From a bacterium (GTDB taxonomy: Bacteria > Bdellovibrionota_C > UBA2361 > RFPC01), in assembly GCA_030428205.1 (NCBI GenBank), contig JAUIBK010000004.1:44439-108438 (forward strand): a stretch of DNA of 64,000 nt, given 5' to 3'. The notes under the pieces were generated by a model. That model had not been told where the DNA came from. It made no database searches and saw only the letters and a list, made by a program, of their open reading frames with translations. Made by a program: the position numbers and the translations under genes. Below, in pieces: positions 18,231-28,024 of the stretch; positions within the stretch are counted from its first letter, which is position 1, and every line of letters begins with the position of its first letter.

Positions 18231-19134
18231 CGGGGTTATATCCTGCAATCTTGACAGTTTGACTAGGGCTTGCACTTGAGCTTTTTCCAAATGAAACAAC
18301 GGATGCTGAAATCCATGCCCGCGTCCCTTCTGGAGTTACCACTCGATACCAACCGTTGAGTTGTTTTTCAACAACGAGTCGTGAGTTTTTCTTCACGCTC
18401 ATGAGTGGTGAGTTGTTCAGGCCGGGGCCTGTTCGAAGGTTCGCTTTCGGTACCGTTACTGTAGCAATCAGCGTTGTATTTGCTTTCTTATGCTCCTGTC
18501 GGGAGGTTGATACAGGAGTTCGGCGAGCTCTTGTCTGTTGCTTCGTAATTTTTGGTGCTGGACGGAGAGAGGAAAGATTGTGAATATTCCTCGCTTCTAT
18601 AATACTTGAAAGTCGCTCTACTTCAGTTTCAGCAATAATGAGTCTGTTCCTCGTTTCTTCTAGCTCCTGGAGCAGATTTGAAACTTTTGATTGTGTTCTT
18701 TGAAGTTGAGACTCTATCGATTCTTTAGACTTCTTGAGTTCAGAAAAAGAGGCGCGTTGTTTTTCAACAGTATCTTGGAGTGTGAGATAATCTTCTTTGA
18801 GTTGGTGAATTTCGTGGTTGCTTTTCTGGTCTGGTGACGAGGCTTGCATGGTATGTGTAGTCGCAATGGTTGTTTTCAAAGAGGCTTTTGCTACGCTCGT
18901 TTCTTCTTGCGATGCCTCGTTGTTTCGGAGAGACTTTTCCTGCTCTAGCTGACGAAGGAGCTCTTGTTCGGCAGCCATAAGCCGCTCATTGACTTTTTCC
19001 ATATCCTCGTCGACAAGGACAAACCCGTTATCAATGTTTTTCTGATTTTCTTGAGCGAAAGCTGTAGGAGAAAAGAGAAGTCCTATCGCGATTAAGGCAG
19101 TAAAACCCCTTTTTTGGTGCGCTAATGTAATCAT
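18181..19134 (-). CDS. Secreted coiled-coil protein with a C-terminal SH3b domain
   Basis: Signal peptide, long coiled coil, then ANLRTGPG...GWYRV...AWIS. Confidence 0.8.
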   Translation of the reverse strand: MITLAHQKRGFTALIAIGLLFSPTAFAQENQKNIDNGFVLVDEDMEKVNERLMAAEQELLRQLEQEKSLRNNEASQEETSVAKASLKTTIATTHTMQASSPDQKSNHEIHQLKEDYLTLQDTVEKQRASFSELKKSKESIESQLQRTQSKVSNLLQELEETRNRLIIAETEVERLSSIIEARNIHNLSSLRPAPKITKQQTRARRTPVSTSRQEHKKANTTLIATVTVPKANLRTGPGLNNSPLMSVKKNSRLVVEKQLNGWYRVVTPEGTRAWISASVVSFGKSSSASPSQTVKIAGYNPDVESQAYQLIKSHSAK

Positions 19135-19156
19135 AATAACCTCACTAAAAAACCAA

Positions 19157-19693
19157 TTATGCAGTTGCTCGTTGAGCTGCTTGCGGACTCCTTTCCCTTT
19201 GTAGCTTTGTTCTCCGGTCACGTTCTCGTTGGATCATGTCTTGAACTTCCTCTGGTGCAGCGACGCCTTGAATCTTAATTTCTGTAGCTCCCGTTGCAGC
19301 TGTGCCGATCTCGACCTCTCCAATGTGTAAAATTCGCTCAAGGAGAGTTTGCTCGAGTTCAACGCTTCTTACATCCTCATAGCGTACCTGAGTTGTTTTC
19401 GTGCGCATCGCTAAAATTCCATGCTTTTCTTCGATCCCGCGCGAGTCAATAGAATAACGGACGTTATAGATACGATAGAGAGAGTTTCCAATAGTAAGTG
19501 CTGGAATAAACCAGAAGAGAGGGAGGGAGAGGGTAAAGCGCATGCCAGCGATGGTAAAAAGTTCTCCTTGAACAATTGACCAACGAAAAGTGTCGGTGAG
19601 CCAAATACTGACGACACTGAGAACGAAAAACATCAGCATACCAACGCACTCAGAGCGCCATGTTTTCGGTATGATGATACGTTCTTCGCCCAT
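19157..19693 (-). CDS. Membrane protein with a bacterial PH (bPH_2) domain
   Basis: Two TM segments, then YSID...KHGIL...VRSVELEQTLLERILHIGEVEIGTA. Confidence 0.8.
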   Translation of the reverse strand: MGEERIIIPKTWRSECVGMLMFFVLSVVSIWLTDTFRWSIVQGELFTIAGMRFTLSLPLFWFIPALTIGNSLYRIYNVRYSIDSRGIEEKHGILAMRTKTTQVRYEDVRSVELEQTLLERILHIGEVEIGTAATGATEIKIQGVAAPEEVQDMIQRERDRRTKLQRERSPQAAQRATA

Positions 19694-19696
19694 AAT

Positions 19697-20089
19697 TTAC
19701 CTGAGTCCAAGACTTCTTTCGATGTCCTCTAGTCCTGTTGATGTCGATTGAGAGTTTTGAGATTTGGTCTTATAAGCCGCAGGCGCCGATCGCTTGGGTT
19801 TTGCTGTTTTCACAGGAGCAAACACTTGCTCACGTGTTATTTGTCCAGTTGATGGTGTGGTCGGTTGAGTAGGAGGAGATTTGAGTAATTCCATTTGGGC
19901 CGCAATAGGAGAGGTAGAGGTCAGAGGTGCGCGTTGCTGTTTTTGAGTTGGCTTATGAGGTGTTTCAACAGAGATTCCTCCTCCACTCAAGCGAAACACA
20001 GCAAAAGCAAGGGCAACCGCGATAATAGAAGTGAGGTGCACTTTATTGGTAAAAGGTGCTACTAAGTTTTGAATACTGACAAAAGCCAT
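19697..20089 (-). CDS. Hypothetical membrane-anchored Pro/Thr-rich protein
   Basis: N-terminal TM, low-complexity linker and a short helical tail (GLEDIERSLGLR). Confidence 0.6.
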   Translation of the reverse strand: MAFVSIQNLVAPFTNKVHLTSIIAVALAFAVFRLSGGGISVETPHKPTQKQQRAPLTSTSPIAAQMELLKSPPTQPTTPSTGQITREQVFAPVKTAKPKRSAPAAYKTKSQNSQSTSTGLEDIERSLGLR

Positions 20090-20113
20090 AACTCTCTCCT
20101 TTTGTGCAAACTC

Positions 20114-20410
20114 TTATTGGCGGTAGTACTTCCAACGACCTTGCCGGATTTCAATAACTTCTTGATGAGCTGGTCGGTAGTAGTGACCTTCCGGATCGAT
20201 TCCAGGTGGAACATCAACAACATTCACCATTGGTTCTTCCCAAACATATTCTACTACACCCGGTGCTTGTCGAGAAACTTGTTGTATTACCTGACGTTCC
20301 TCGAGCGCTGTTTGGCTACTTCGTACTTGGCTTGTGGAGCATCCGGTAAGACACAGCATCGTCATTCCAGTAAGGAGAGTAAGTATCTGATTCATAGGTT
20401 GTTTTTTCAT
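20114..20410 (-). CDS. Small lipoprotein, TraV-like
   Basis: Lipobox LTGC; VDVPPGIDPEGHYYRPAH..IEIRQGRW resembles the TraV beta-hairpin motif. Confidence 0.5.
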   Translation of the reverse strand: MKKQPMNQILTLLTGMTMLCLTGCSTSQVRSSQTALEERQVIQQVSRQAPGVVEYVWEEPMVNVVDVPPGIDPEGHYYRPAHQEVIEIRQGRWKYYRQ

Positions 20411-20419
20411 AATATACTC

Positions 20420-23161
20420 CTAGTGAGAAACAGTGCTATTGGCATTATCAATGAGATTGTAAACAATGTTCGACACTCCATCTCCCTCTTCAGCTGTAGG
20501 CATGCGGCTGTGCATATTCATCTCCTGCATCGCCCTGGCCCCAAACGGAGCAATGGCGACAGCGTGTTGTAGCGCAAGTCCAAAGTCTCCACCTGTCTGA
20601 TCTAAGATCTCAGCAAAGAGCTGATTATCATCACCGTTGTTTGTGCTCGCCCAGTAAAAAGATGGCTCAAGTGGTAGAACAAGTGCGCCTTCCCCGATAT
20701 CAGAGAGGAGGAAAAACTGTGACTCTACACCTTTTACGGTACGGAGCCGAAGGATAACATCTGCTTGTTGCTCGGTGAGGTTAAAGGCTTGTGCCGTGTA
20801 GTGGAACTTACTCGGATCTTGTCGTAGAAAGATTTTGTGAGCACTATTTTGAACGATGGCTTGGCCACCATTTCCGACATAAAAGTCTTCACCGGATTGT
20901 GACGCGGCAATAACGATACCTTTTCTCTTTCGATAGAGACGGAAAGCAGTTTCAATCGTATCGGCAGAAGTTTTTCCGATAAGATCGTGAGCCTCATCAA
21001 AAACGAGAATTTTTCGTGCATCAAGCTCTTTTGGATCGTTCATGACAGTATCAGCCCAGAGCATGGCGATTTTTAAGAACACACGTTGAAGATCGGGGTT
21101 GCGGCTAAGAGCTTTGAGATCGAAAACGATAAAGCGTTCTTTGAGCTGTAAGCTTCCAGGTCTATCAAAGAAACGAGCATAGGTCCCGTTTCCATAGTAG
21201 TCTCCAGCAAGAATAGCAACGCGTTGACGGCGTGCCGCTGAATCTTCTGGTTCCGAGATCTTTCGTGGAGCTCGGAGTACAGAGATAACGTCACTTAAAA
21301 TAAACTCCCGTTTCATAGGGCCGTTACGATAGATACGATGTGACTCAACAATAGAGTCAATAACTGCTGCCTTATCGAGGCGCTCAAGGGTTTTATTTCC
21401 CTCAGTTGCCATATCACAAATGATATCAGCAGCCATATCAATCAGATCTTTATAGTCTTCGTTTGTAGTATCAGCTGGAGTAGTCCCAAGGCGCTGGAGG
21501 AAGTTCATTGCTGGAGCCTTGGACGGAGTCGCTTCATATACACGACCACCAAAAAGTTTCGCTACTTTTTCAAACCCACATGGCTGACCAGTCATTCCCT
21601 TATCGAAGACGAATGTAATCGGCTGTCGTTCCACCACACGGCCCGTGCTCATTGTAGCGTAGTGACCACGATTCATCGTAATGAGAATGTAGCAGAGTAA
21701 GTAGCTTTTCCCTGCACCTGATACACCGCTGATAAGAACGTTTGGTGCGACATCTGAATCATAGAAGTCAAAGCCGACAAGCTCTCTATTCCATAAGCTC
21801 GGGAGAGTAAACAGACTTCCTCTACTACCCTTCCAATTCCCCCAGAGAGGGAACATGCGAACAGCTCGGGAGGAGCGCATAGTTGTGGTCCAACCTGGCC
21901 CATCAGTTGCAGGATCGTAACATCCAGGAAGAGAGCCAAGAATAACACCGAGATCGGAAACCTCATGACTCATACCCCGAGCCCCATTGAGTTGTGGAAA
22001 TGTGGCAACAGCTTCAGAGGATGCTCGCATCGCTTCTTCTCGTGTTTGGCAAACAAATGTTTGGTGTACACCAACTCGAACAATCTGACATCTGCTGCTA
22101 TAGAGTTCCGAGCGAGCTGCGCGGATAGCTGAAATTTGATGTTGAACTTTCTGGTTTGCTCGACCCATTCCTGTGAACTCTCGGAATCCGAGTGTTTGGT
22201 CGAGACGATCAAGTCGCTTCATTTGGGTAGCTTGAGAGTCTTTCGAAATAGTCACGCTCAAGATATTTTCGTACGGTGTAGATTGAAGTGGCGAAATCAT
22301 AAGAGGAAGACACTGCTTGGGAGGCTTCACAAGAGAAACAGCTCGGTAGTACCGACCGTCTTTTTTGAGAATTCCATTCTCTGGATGCTCAGCGTGAGTT
22401 TCTGAAAGTTGGTTTGAGAGAAATTCGTTTGGATCAAATACTGGCACTGGAATAGCTGTTGTACGGCCTCTACGGAATTTTCCAGACTTAGTGCTTCTTC
22501 TGTTGAGAAGTGGATAGAGGATGTTAATAAGCTCTTGCCCATCAACTTTTCGTGGTTGAAGGCCGAGATCTGCTAACTTTGCGACAGACCCTTCGATGGT
22601 ACCGCGAAATTTATTGGCGTACTCTAGATACTCTTTGTGCCGCTCTTCGGTTGTCACCCCAGTTCTTCCCTTGAGCATAATCTTGAACGCACGTTGCATC
22701 TGCTCGAGAGCTGTTCGAGCTCTCCAAGGGGGATCGTAGCGAAAGGAAATAATGAGGCGGAGCTTTCTCGGGCGCATATGAAAGGCGCCGTTGTTGGCTG
22801 TACGTCGGAGCATTTGGGTCCAACGCCTTGCCATCCAACCCGCAATTCCACGAGTCGGATACTTATCAATTGTTTCTTTGAGTAGATTTTCAACATCAAA
22901 AGTTGTAATCCAGTTCATCTGGACACTGATTGTTTCGTTAAATGAGTCGATCATTTCCTGGACGCTGTCTGATAGCTGAAATGCTTCTATATCAGAAGTA
23001 GAGGTGATCCAGCGTGGCTGAAGCTCCCACATTGACCAGATCGAAGCATCAGAGTGAATAAACAATCCTTGCTCTTGATCGTATCTCGCAAAAGGAAGGA
23101 GCTGATTAAAGAGAGCTTCATCCTTATAAAGACGTTCACGTGTAAGACGATTAATACTCAT
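20420..23161 (-). CDS. traC: VirB4/TraC-family T4SS ATPase (F-type)
   Basis: 913 aa; Walker A GVSGAGKS, FVFDKG, Walker B VFDEAH, RLYRKRKG..IAASQS and AIVQNS. Confidence 0.88.
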   Translation of the reverse strand: MSINRLTRERLYKDEALFNQLLPFARYDQEQGLFIHSDASIWSMWELQPRWITSTSDIEAFQLSDSVQEMIDSFNETISVQMNWITTFDVENLLKETIDKYPTRGIAGWMARRWTQMLRRTANNGAFHMRPRKLRLIISFRYDPPWRARTALEQMQRAFKIMLKGRTGVTTEERHKEYLEYANKFRGTIEGSVAKLADLGLQPRKVDGQELINILYPLLNRRSTKSGKFRRGRTTAIPVPVFDPNEFLSNQLSETHAEHPENGILKKDGRYYRAVSLVKPPKQCLPLMISPLQSTPYENILSVTISKDSQATQMKRLDRLDQTLGFREFTGMGRANQKVQHQISAIRAARSELYSSRCQIVRVGVHQTFVCQTREEAMRASSEAVATFPQLNGARGMSHEVSDLGVILGSLPGCYDPATDGPGWTTTMRSSRAVRMFPLWGNWKGSRGSLFTLPSLWNRELVGFDFYDSDVAPNVLISGVSGAGKSYLLCYILITMNRGHYATMSTGRVVERQPITFVFDKGMTGQPCGFEKVAKLFGGRVYEATPSKAPAMNFLQRLGTTPADTTNEDYKDLIDMAADIICDMATEGNKTLERLDKAAVIDSIVESHRIYRNGPMKREFILSDVISVLRAPRKISEPEDSAARRQRVAILAGDYYGNGTYARFFDRPGSLQLKERFIVFDLKALSRNPDLQRVFLKIAMLWADTVMNDPKELDARKILVFDEAHDLIGKTSADTIETAFRLYRKRKGIVIAASQSGEDFYVGNGGQAIVQNSAHKIFLRQDPSKFHYTAQAFNLTEQQADVILRLRTVKGVESQFFLLSDIGEGALVLPLEPSFYWASTNNGDDNQLFAEILDQTGGDFGLALQHAVAIAPFGARAMQEMNMHSRMPTAEEGDGVSNIVYNLIDNANSTVSH

Positions 23162-23682
23162 TACCCTACTCCATTTACATTTGAAAACTGTGGTTGGTTT
23201 ACTTGCTGTGCAAGGAAGCGTACTTCCTTGTTGGTGTGATCAACGATAACTCGAATGTTTGCCTTTGAGGCGATGAGTTCAGCGAGCTCGTCAATGGTCC
23301 CAAGCGATTGGACAGAGATTTTTTTGTCGGCGATAAGGCTTGAGCAGTAGCTGTGGTAACGAGCTGTGCCAGCAAGGACAAGTGAAGCTTCTTTCAGAGT
23401 AGAATCTTGAAGCTCGAGGTGAAAGACTGGAAGTATGAGTGGTCGCGTGTCTGTATACTGACGCTCACGTTTTGGCATGACTTCTGGAGGCTCTACCCAA
23501 CGGAGTCGATTATAGACAGGTTCAGGAGGAAGTTGTCTATGTGCGATACTGTGAACCCGAGGGGCTTTTTTGGTCGCTGGGGTAGAGGAGCAACCAACGA
23601 GAAAGCAGACACTCATACTCATCGCACAAGCAGTGAGAGAGGTCATCAAAGTGTGTCTTGTGTTTGTATCAAAAACCATCAT
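23161..23682 (-). CDS. Lipoprotein with an N0/STN-like domain (DotD/TraH-like)
   Basis: Lipobox LVGC; TLKEASLVLA..ARY...ISVQ..GTIDELAELIASKANIRVIVD...EVRF. Confidence 0.45.
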   Translation of the reverse strand: MMVFDTNTRHTLMTSLTACAMSMSVCFLVGCSSTPATKKAPRVHSIAHRQLPPEPVYNRLRWVEPPEVMPKRERQYTDTRPLILPVFHLELQDSTLKEASLVLAGTARYHSYCSSLIADKKISVQSLGTIDELAELIASKANIRVIVDHTNKEVRFLAQQVNQPQFSNVNGVG

Positions 23683-23701
23683 AAAACCGTTTCATTCTTC
23701 A

Positions 23702-24148
23702 TTATTTTGAAGAAGCTCCAACATATGGTAGCCCCGAAGCCCCACTGGTTGCTCCCAGGAGCTTTTCTTTCTCGTGTACATCGGTCACAGCCCACTGATC
23801 GCCTTTTACTTTAAGGTAATAGTAGTGAGCTGGAACAAGATCGCCGTGCGAGTTAAGGTGATCAGGAACCCACATGAGACGAACGACTGCTGGCTGAAGA
23901 ACTGGCTTATTCGGGGATGGGGGGAGTGCTCGATCGTATTGTGCCAGCTTATCGAAAGCAGCGCGTGCGCGTTCTACCTTGTTCCCTGATTCATTGAGTG
24001 CGTGATCGTTGGGTTCTCCTAGAAATGCGGTTGGCCCAGGTGTTTCGTAGAATGGATTCAGCAAGTTTCCAGTTGTTGTGCACCCTGTTACTGAGATGAG
24101 TATAATGAGTAGTACAAAAATCTTTATTGACGCCGTTGATCTTTTCAT
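23702..24148 (-). CDS. traV: TraV-like outer-membrane core lipoprotein
   Basis: Lipobox VTGC; PVLQPAVVRLMWVPDHLNSHGDLVPAHYYYLKV...W; follows traB. Confidence 0.75.
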   Translation of the reverse strand: MKRSTASIKIFVLLIILISVTGCTTTGNLLNPFYETPGPTAFLGEPNDHALNESGNKVERARAAFDKLAQYDRALPPSPNKPVLQPAVVRLMWVPDHLNSHGDLVPAHYYYLKVKGDQWAVTDVHEKEKLLGATSGASGLPYVGASSK

Positions 24149-24183
24149 ATCTAAAAAACCTCTCAAAAAAACTTGTTTCACTC

Positions 24184-25344
24184 CTAATCGAGGAGTGCGA
24201 AAATATCCGATTCCTCTTCGTCTATTGCATCATAGAGCCCGTCTATCACTACCGCTTGTGAGAAGACGGCGGTAGCTTCTCTTCCAGAGAAAACTTGAAC
24301 CATCGGTGTGAGTTCACTTAAGCGGTTTTGAATAATTTGACTCCACTGAGAAGCACCTTCAGAAAGCCCTTTTCCAAGAGCATACGAAGTGCTGTCTCCA
24401 CTGAGATACTGAAAAGTGGTCCCGTCTTCTCTCTCTACGGTTGTTTGTGAATCAGAGAGTGCTTGACCAAGACCCGCTACAGTGCCTGTTGTCATTGCGC
24501 CACCAATGGCTTTTCCTAGAGGATCGAGAAGGATACCTTGCATGCCTCGTAGTCCATCTTCACCAACGATCCATCCATCCACGTCGACGGTACGCCGCTC
24601 TCCGTTAGGAAAGCGCATGCTGAGTGATGTCAGACGGAAAATTGCTCGTGAATCAACCATTGAACCCTGGGCTGCTGCAATGAGCCGCGCCTCTCCGACA
24701 GGAAGGGCAGAGCTATCTGGGCCGTTGATATCGCTTACAAGCTTGAAAATAACAGGATAGGGTGTCCCGTCTGTTGGCGCATTTACGCCGGCAAGAAGCT
24801 TAATACGAACTGTGTCCCCAGGTGAGATGAGAACTTCTTTCGCTTCTTTTGGTGGTGCCGGTGGTGCAATCTGATTATTATCAACATCACCAAAAGGCTC
24901 AAGTGAGTCTGGTTCTTGCTCAGGAAATTCAGTTTTATAATCTACCGGATCTGGTGGCTGGTTCACTGCCACGTTTGTCACCGTTTGCTGTTGTTGGATT
25001 CGATCGATGAGCTTCTTGAAAATTTCAGCTGTTCGCATCTCGGCGTTTTCTTGATCGGTGCGGATATCGGCAATTTCCGTCTTTACCTTTTGCATGTCAT
25101 CGCCGAGTTTCTTTTGACCGTCCTGGAGTGTCGTTACGAGATCCTGAAACGCTTCTTCAAAACCCATGCCTGCACTTTGAACTGGTGCTTGAGCAACTTG
25201 TTGCTTCGGGATTCCTCTTCGCTTTGGCGGCTCACTAAAAACGAGAAAGGCGAGAGCAAGTACACAACAGCCCGCAATGGCTTGTGCTTTGCGATCACTC
25301 TTGAGCAGGAGTGAAAGATCTTCAATTTTTTGCTTCATGCTCAT
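24184..25344 (-). CDS. traB: TraB/VirB10 family protein
   Basis: N-terminal TM and coiled coil; LLAGVNAP, GSMVDSRAIFRL and DGWIVGEDGLRGMQG. Confidence 0.85.
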   Translation of the reverse strand: MSMKQKIEDLSLLLKSDRKAQAIAGCCVLALAFLVFSEPPKRRGIPKQQVAQAPVQSAGMGFEEAFQDLVTTLQDGQKKLGDDMQKVKTEIADIRTDQENAEMRTAEIFKKLIDRIQQQQTVTNVAVNQPPDPVDYKTEFPEQEPDSLEPFGDVDNNQIAPPAPPKEAKEVLISPGDTVRIKLLAGVNAPTDGTPYPVIFKLVSDINGPDSSALPVGEARLIAAAQGSMVDSRAIFRLTSLSMRFPNGERRTVDVDGWIVGEDGLRGMQGILLDPLGKAIGGAMTTGTVAGLGQALSDSQTTVEREDGTTFQYLSGDSTSYALGKGLSEGASQWSQIIQNRLSELTPMVQVFSGREATAVFSQAVVIDGLYDAIDEEESDIFALLD

Positions 25345-25357
25345 GGCTACTTCCTTC

Positions 25358-26146
25358 CTACTTTCGTGGTGTTGTTATGACGTACACTTTTGCTTTATGT
25401 TTACCAGCGATTTGCTGCTCAATATTGAGTGGTTTTGGAGCAAGCTCCCAGTTGTCCATCGAAATGGCACGTGTCCCATCGAGTCGAAAAGATGCTGGAT
25501 TGAGCCGTTGCCCTTCATCGAGTTGATTTGATGCGTCAATGACATATCCCCACAAGTTGGGTCCAATAAAAATTTTGTCAATCGTTGCTTGCAATGTGCC
25601 GTCGTTCATCACGGTCTCTCCCTTATATCGCTCGCTTACTTTATATCCTGGAATTTTCGGCTTTCCGAATTCAGAGGCAAGGACCATCTCTCGGAGGAGT
25701 CCAGGAGGAGAATGGGGACTTGAACGTTCAAACTTACGCTCAGCATATGGTAATTCTTCTTCTTCATTTGAGAGAATAGAAGAGCGCTCATCGTAGAGTC
25801 TGACCAAGCTGTCTCGGGGATCACTTTCGGTGGCAAGTCGGATACGCACAGAATACGATCTCCCATCATCAAGTCGAACGATGATAGCTTCTCCTTCTTC
25901 GGAGATACCTTCATTGGCGAAGACTATGAGATCGTCATCTTTTCTGTCTAATGAAAGACTTGATAGTTTCTTACGAAAACCACCAGAGATTTTATCAGGA
26001 AACTCAATTTGTGTAGGTTCTCCTGGCGCAACGTAAACAGAAAACTCGTTGTTATTGTATTCGATGTCTCTTGCAGAAGCAGTTCCTGCGACACAAGTAG
26101 CGCCGAGAAGAATGATGATGAATGAAAATGTTCTCTTCAATTGCAT
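25358..26146 (-). CDS. traK: TraK-like (VirB9-like) secreted core protein
   Basis: Signal peptide, PTQIEFP and C-terminal AKVYVIT; lies between traE and traB. Confidence 0.65.
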   Translation of the reverse strand: MQLKRTFSFIIILLGATCVAGTASARDIEYNNNEFSVYVAPGEPTQIEFPDKISGGFRKKLSSLSLDRKDDDLIVFANEGISEEGEAIIVRLDDGRSYSVRIRLATESDPRDSLVRLYDERSSILSNEEEELPYAERKFERSSPHSPPGLLREMVLASEFGKPKIPGYKVSERYKGETVMNDGTLQATIDKIFIGPNLWGYVIDASNQLDEGQRLNPASFRLDGTRAISMDNWELAPKPLNIEQQIAGKHKAKVYVITTPRK

Positions 26147-26158
26147 TACTATGTCTCC

Positions 26159-26803
26159 TTACCGAGAAAGATTCTCAGGAATAATATTTGTGACAACTAT
26201 TCCGTTAGGATTAAGCCTATGTCGTGGATTGGTTGTCATTGAAATTGTGAATCGAGTAATGATCGTAGGGACCTGTTTGCCACCAATGAGTTTCAGCCGT
26301 TCACCAGTAAGGCCGACAGAAACGGTATTCCCTTGTCGGTGTACTGTTGTCTTGGTTGGATCGATAAAGAACATTTGTGTACGGCTGGTGCTCTCAATGG
26401 CATTCAGTTCAATTTCGAGCATGTCTTCTTTAAATTTTGAGAGTGCCGGCTCGTTGAGCATCTCAGCCGCAGCAATAAACTGTTTGCGCGCAGTAAGCGG
26501 CTGATAGCTTGCGATGAGGTTTGCCATTTCGGTTGCGGTAGCGATGAATTGACTGTCTTGAAGTTCGCTTACCGCATATATGCCAGGTTCAGGTTTTGCC
26601 GGGACATGTAAAATGGTACTGCGGGTTGCGTAGATATAGATGCAGAGAATGATGAGAAGTGGCGTTGTCATCAACTGGCCTAGTGCCATGATCCGCCACA
26701 TAGAGGCCTGCTCTTGATAGCCTTCCCAGAGACGAAACGTATCGTTTTCCCCTTTGGTAATTGCCTCAGCTGGTGCTTTAAAGAGTTCTGCAACTTTTGC
26801 CAT
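26159..26803 (-). CDS. traE: TraE-like inner-membrane T4SS protein
   Basis: Single TM; ASYQP, GERLKLIGG and RLNPNGIVVTNI; conserved L-E-K-B order. Confidence 0.7.
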   Translation of the reverse strand: MAKVAELFKAPAEAITKGENDTFRLWEGYQEQASMWRIMALGQLMTTPLLIILCIYIYATRSTILHVPAKPEPGIYAVSELQDSQFIATATEMANLIASYQPLTARKQFIAAAEMLNEPALSKFKEDMLEIELNAIESTSRTQMFFIDPTKTTVHRQGNTVSVGLTGERLKLIGGKQVPTIITRFTISMTTNPRHRLNPNGIVVTNIIPENLSR

Positions 26804-26846
26804 AATTAACCTTTGAAAAACCGTAGAAGAAAGAAACAAGAAGTTC

Positions 26847-27239
26847 TTACTCTTCTTCTTCCTCCTCTTCGTAGAATACTCTGTCTAGTCCTAACTCAAT
26901 AAATTCCTTCTTTTCGTCCATCGTTTTGAGTGGTGCACCGCTCCAAATCGGCTGAAGTGCCGCCGGTGTTGGAATCCCAGGAGGCTCTAACCCGAGTTGC
27001 ACCATAGTAATATTTGCAACTCCACGATTTTCATCGGGAAAGCTTTTGCGAAGTCCAGCGAGGAGGAATGTGGTTCCAAGGAGAATCGAGAGGAAGATCG
27101 GCATATTTCTTGAGCTTTGCCCAAGGATAGTTTCGTGCGCAATCATAGCCATGACAAATCCTGAGCCCCATTCCATGACTTTGGCCCCCATAAAGGTCCA
27201 GTCATCACTTAGACCAGGTATGACTTCACCGTTATCCAT
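26847..27239 (-). CDS. traL: TraL/VirB3-like small membrane protein
   Basis: IPGLSDDWTFMG, two TM segments and RKSFP..RG; first gene of the L-E-K-B block. Confidence 0.55.
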   Translation of the reverse strand: MDNGEVIPGLSDDWTFMGAKVMEWGSGFVMAMIAHETILGQSSRNMPIFLSILLGTTFLLAGLRKSFPDENRGVANITMVQLGLEPPGIPTPAALQPIWSGAPLKTMDEKKEFIELGLDRVFYEEEEEEE

Positions 27240-27267
27240 GCGTTATACCTCTCCTTCCTTGTCCTCT

Positions 27268-27651
27268 CTATTCACTGTTCTCTGGTACTTCTGTCCCTGC
27301 TTCACCTAAAAGACCAGGTTGAGGGTCGAAGCGAACACCACTTTCAGACACTCGTGGTTGAGGTGCTAAGATGCGTTGTAGCTCCTCTGCACGGTCGTAT
27401 ACGATCGCTCTCCACTCCTTTGAGTCAATGAGTGCATCGGGGTTAACTAGTTGAGTTGCTTTGTCAAATTCTCTTAGTGCTGAGATCAACATAGCTCTCG
27501 ATCGGGCGTAGTGAGCGCTGGCCTTGGTTAGGGTCGGTCCGGAAGCTCTCTCTATAGCAACTCCTGCTGTTGGGGCGGCAAGGATAGATGGAGGCAAGCT
27601 TAGGGCAAAGCATATGCCTGTAGCGATCAGATAACCAGTGGAAAACCTCAT
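27268..27651 (-). CDS. Secreted hypothetical protein, first gene of the T4SS operon
   Basis: Signal peptide; GGAG RBS; helical body. Confidence 0.65.
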   Translation of the reverse strand: MRFSTGYLIATGICFALSLPPSILAAPTAGVAIERASGPTLTKASAHYARSRAMLISALREFDKATQLVNPDALIDSKEWRAIVYDRAEELQRILAPQPRVSESGVRFDPQPGLLGEAGTEVPENSE

Positions 27652-28024
27652 ATGTGTGCTCCTAAAACATTGCTATTCATAAGCATTTAGTCTTTGCCCG
27701 GTGCTAGCGAGTAAACTCTAAACGCTTACAGTGCCGTAGAGTAAAACGTCTTACGTACTTGTTTCTCACGTCATCTCAAGGCGTGAGGAATGTCGTCTCA
27801 TCGGGCTGCAAAGCAAGCCCTTCTGTGAGTGTTATGGGGATCTTGAGGGAGGTGATACGGAAAAAAACGTGGTTTGGAGGCCTTTCTTAGAGGTAGGAAG
27901 CGATCTATAATAAAAATTCAGTTTTTTAAGCGTATTAGGTCGATTTTTCTCTTCTTGCGAGAAGGTTAAAAAGCAACGATCCTACTATCTCTTCTTTGGG
28001 AATAGGATTGTGTGAGGATTTTTT

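Noticed and set aside
27652-28024. Possible oriT in the divergent intergenic region
   Set aside because: Only short hairpins, with no recognisable nic site and no relaxase in the window.
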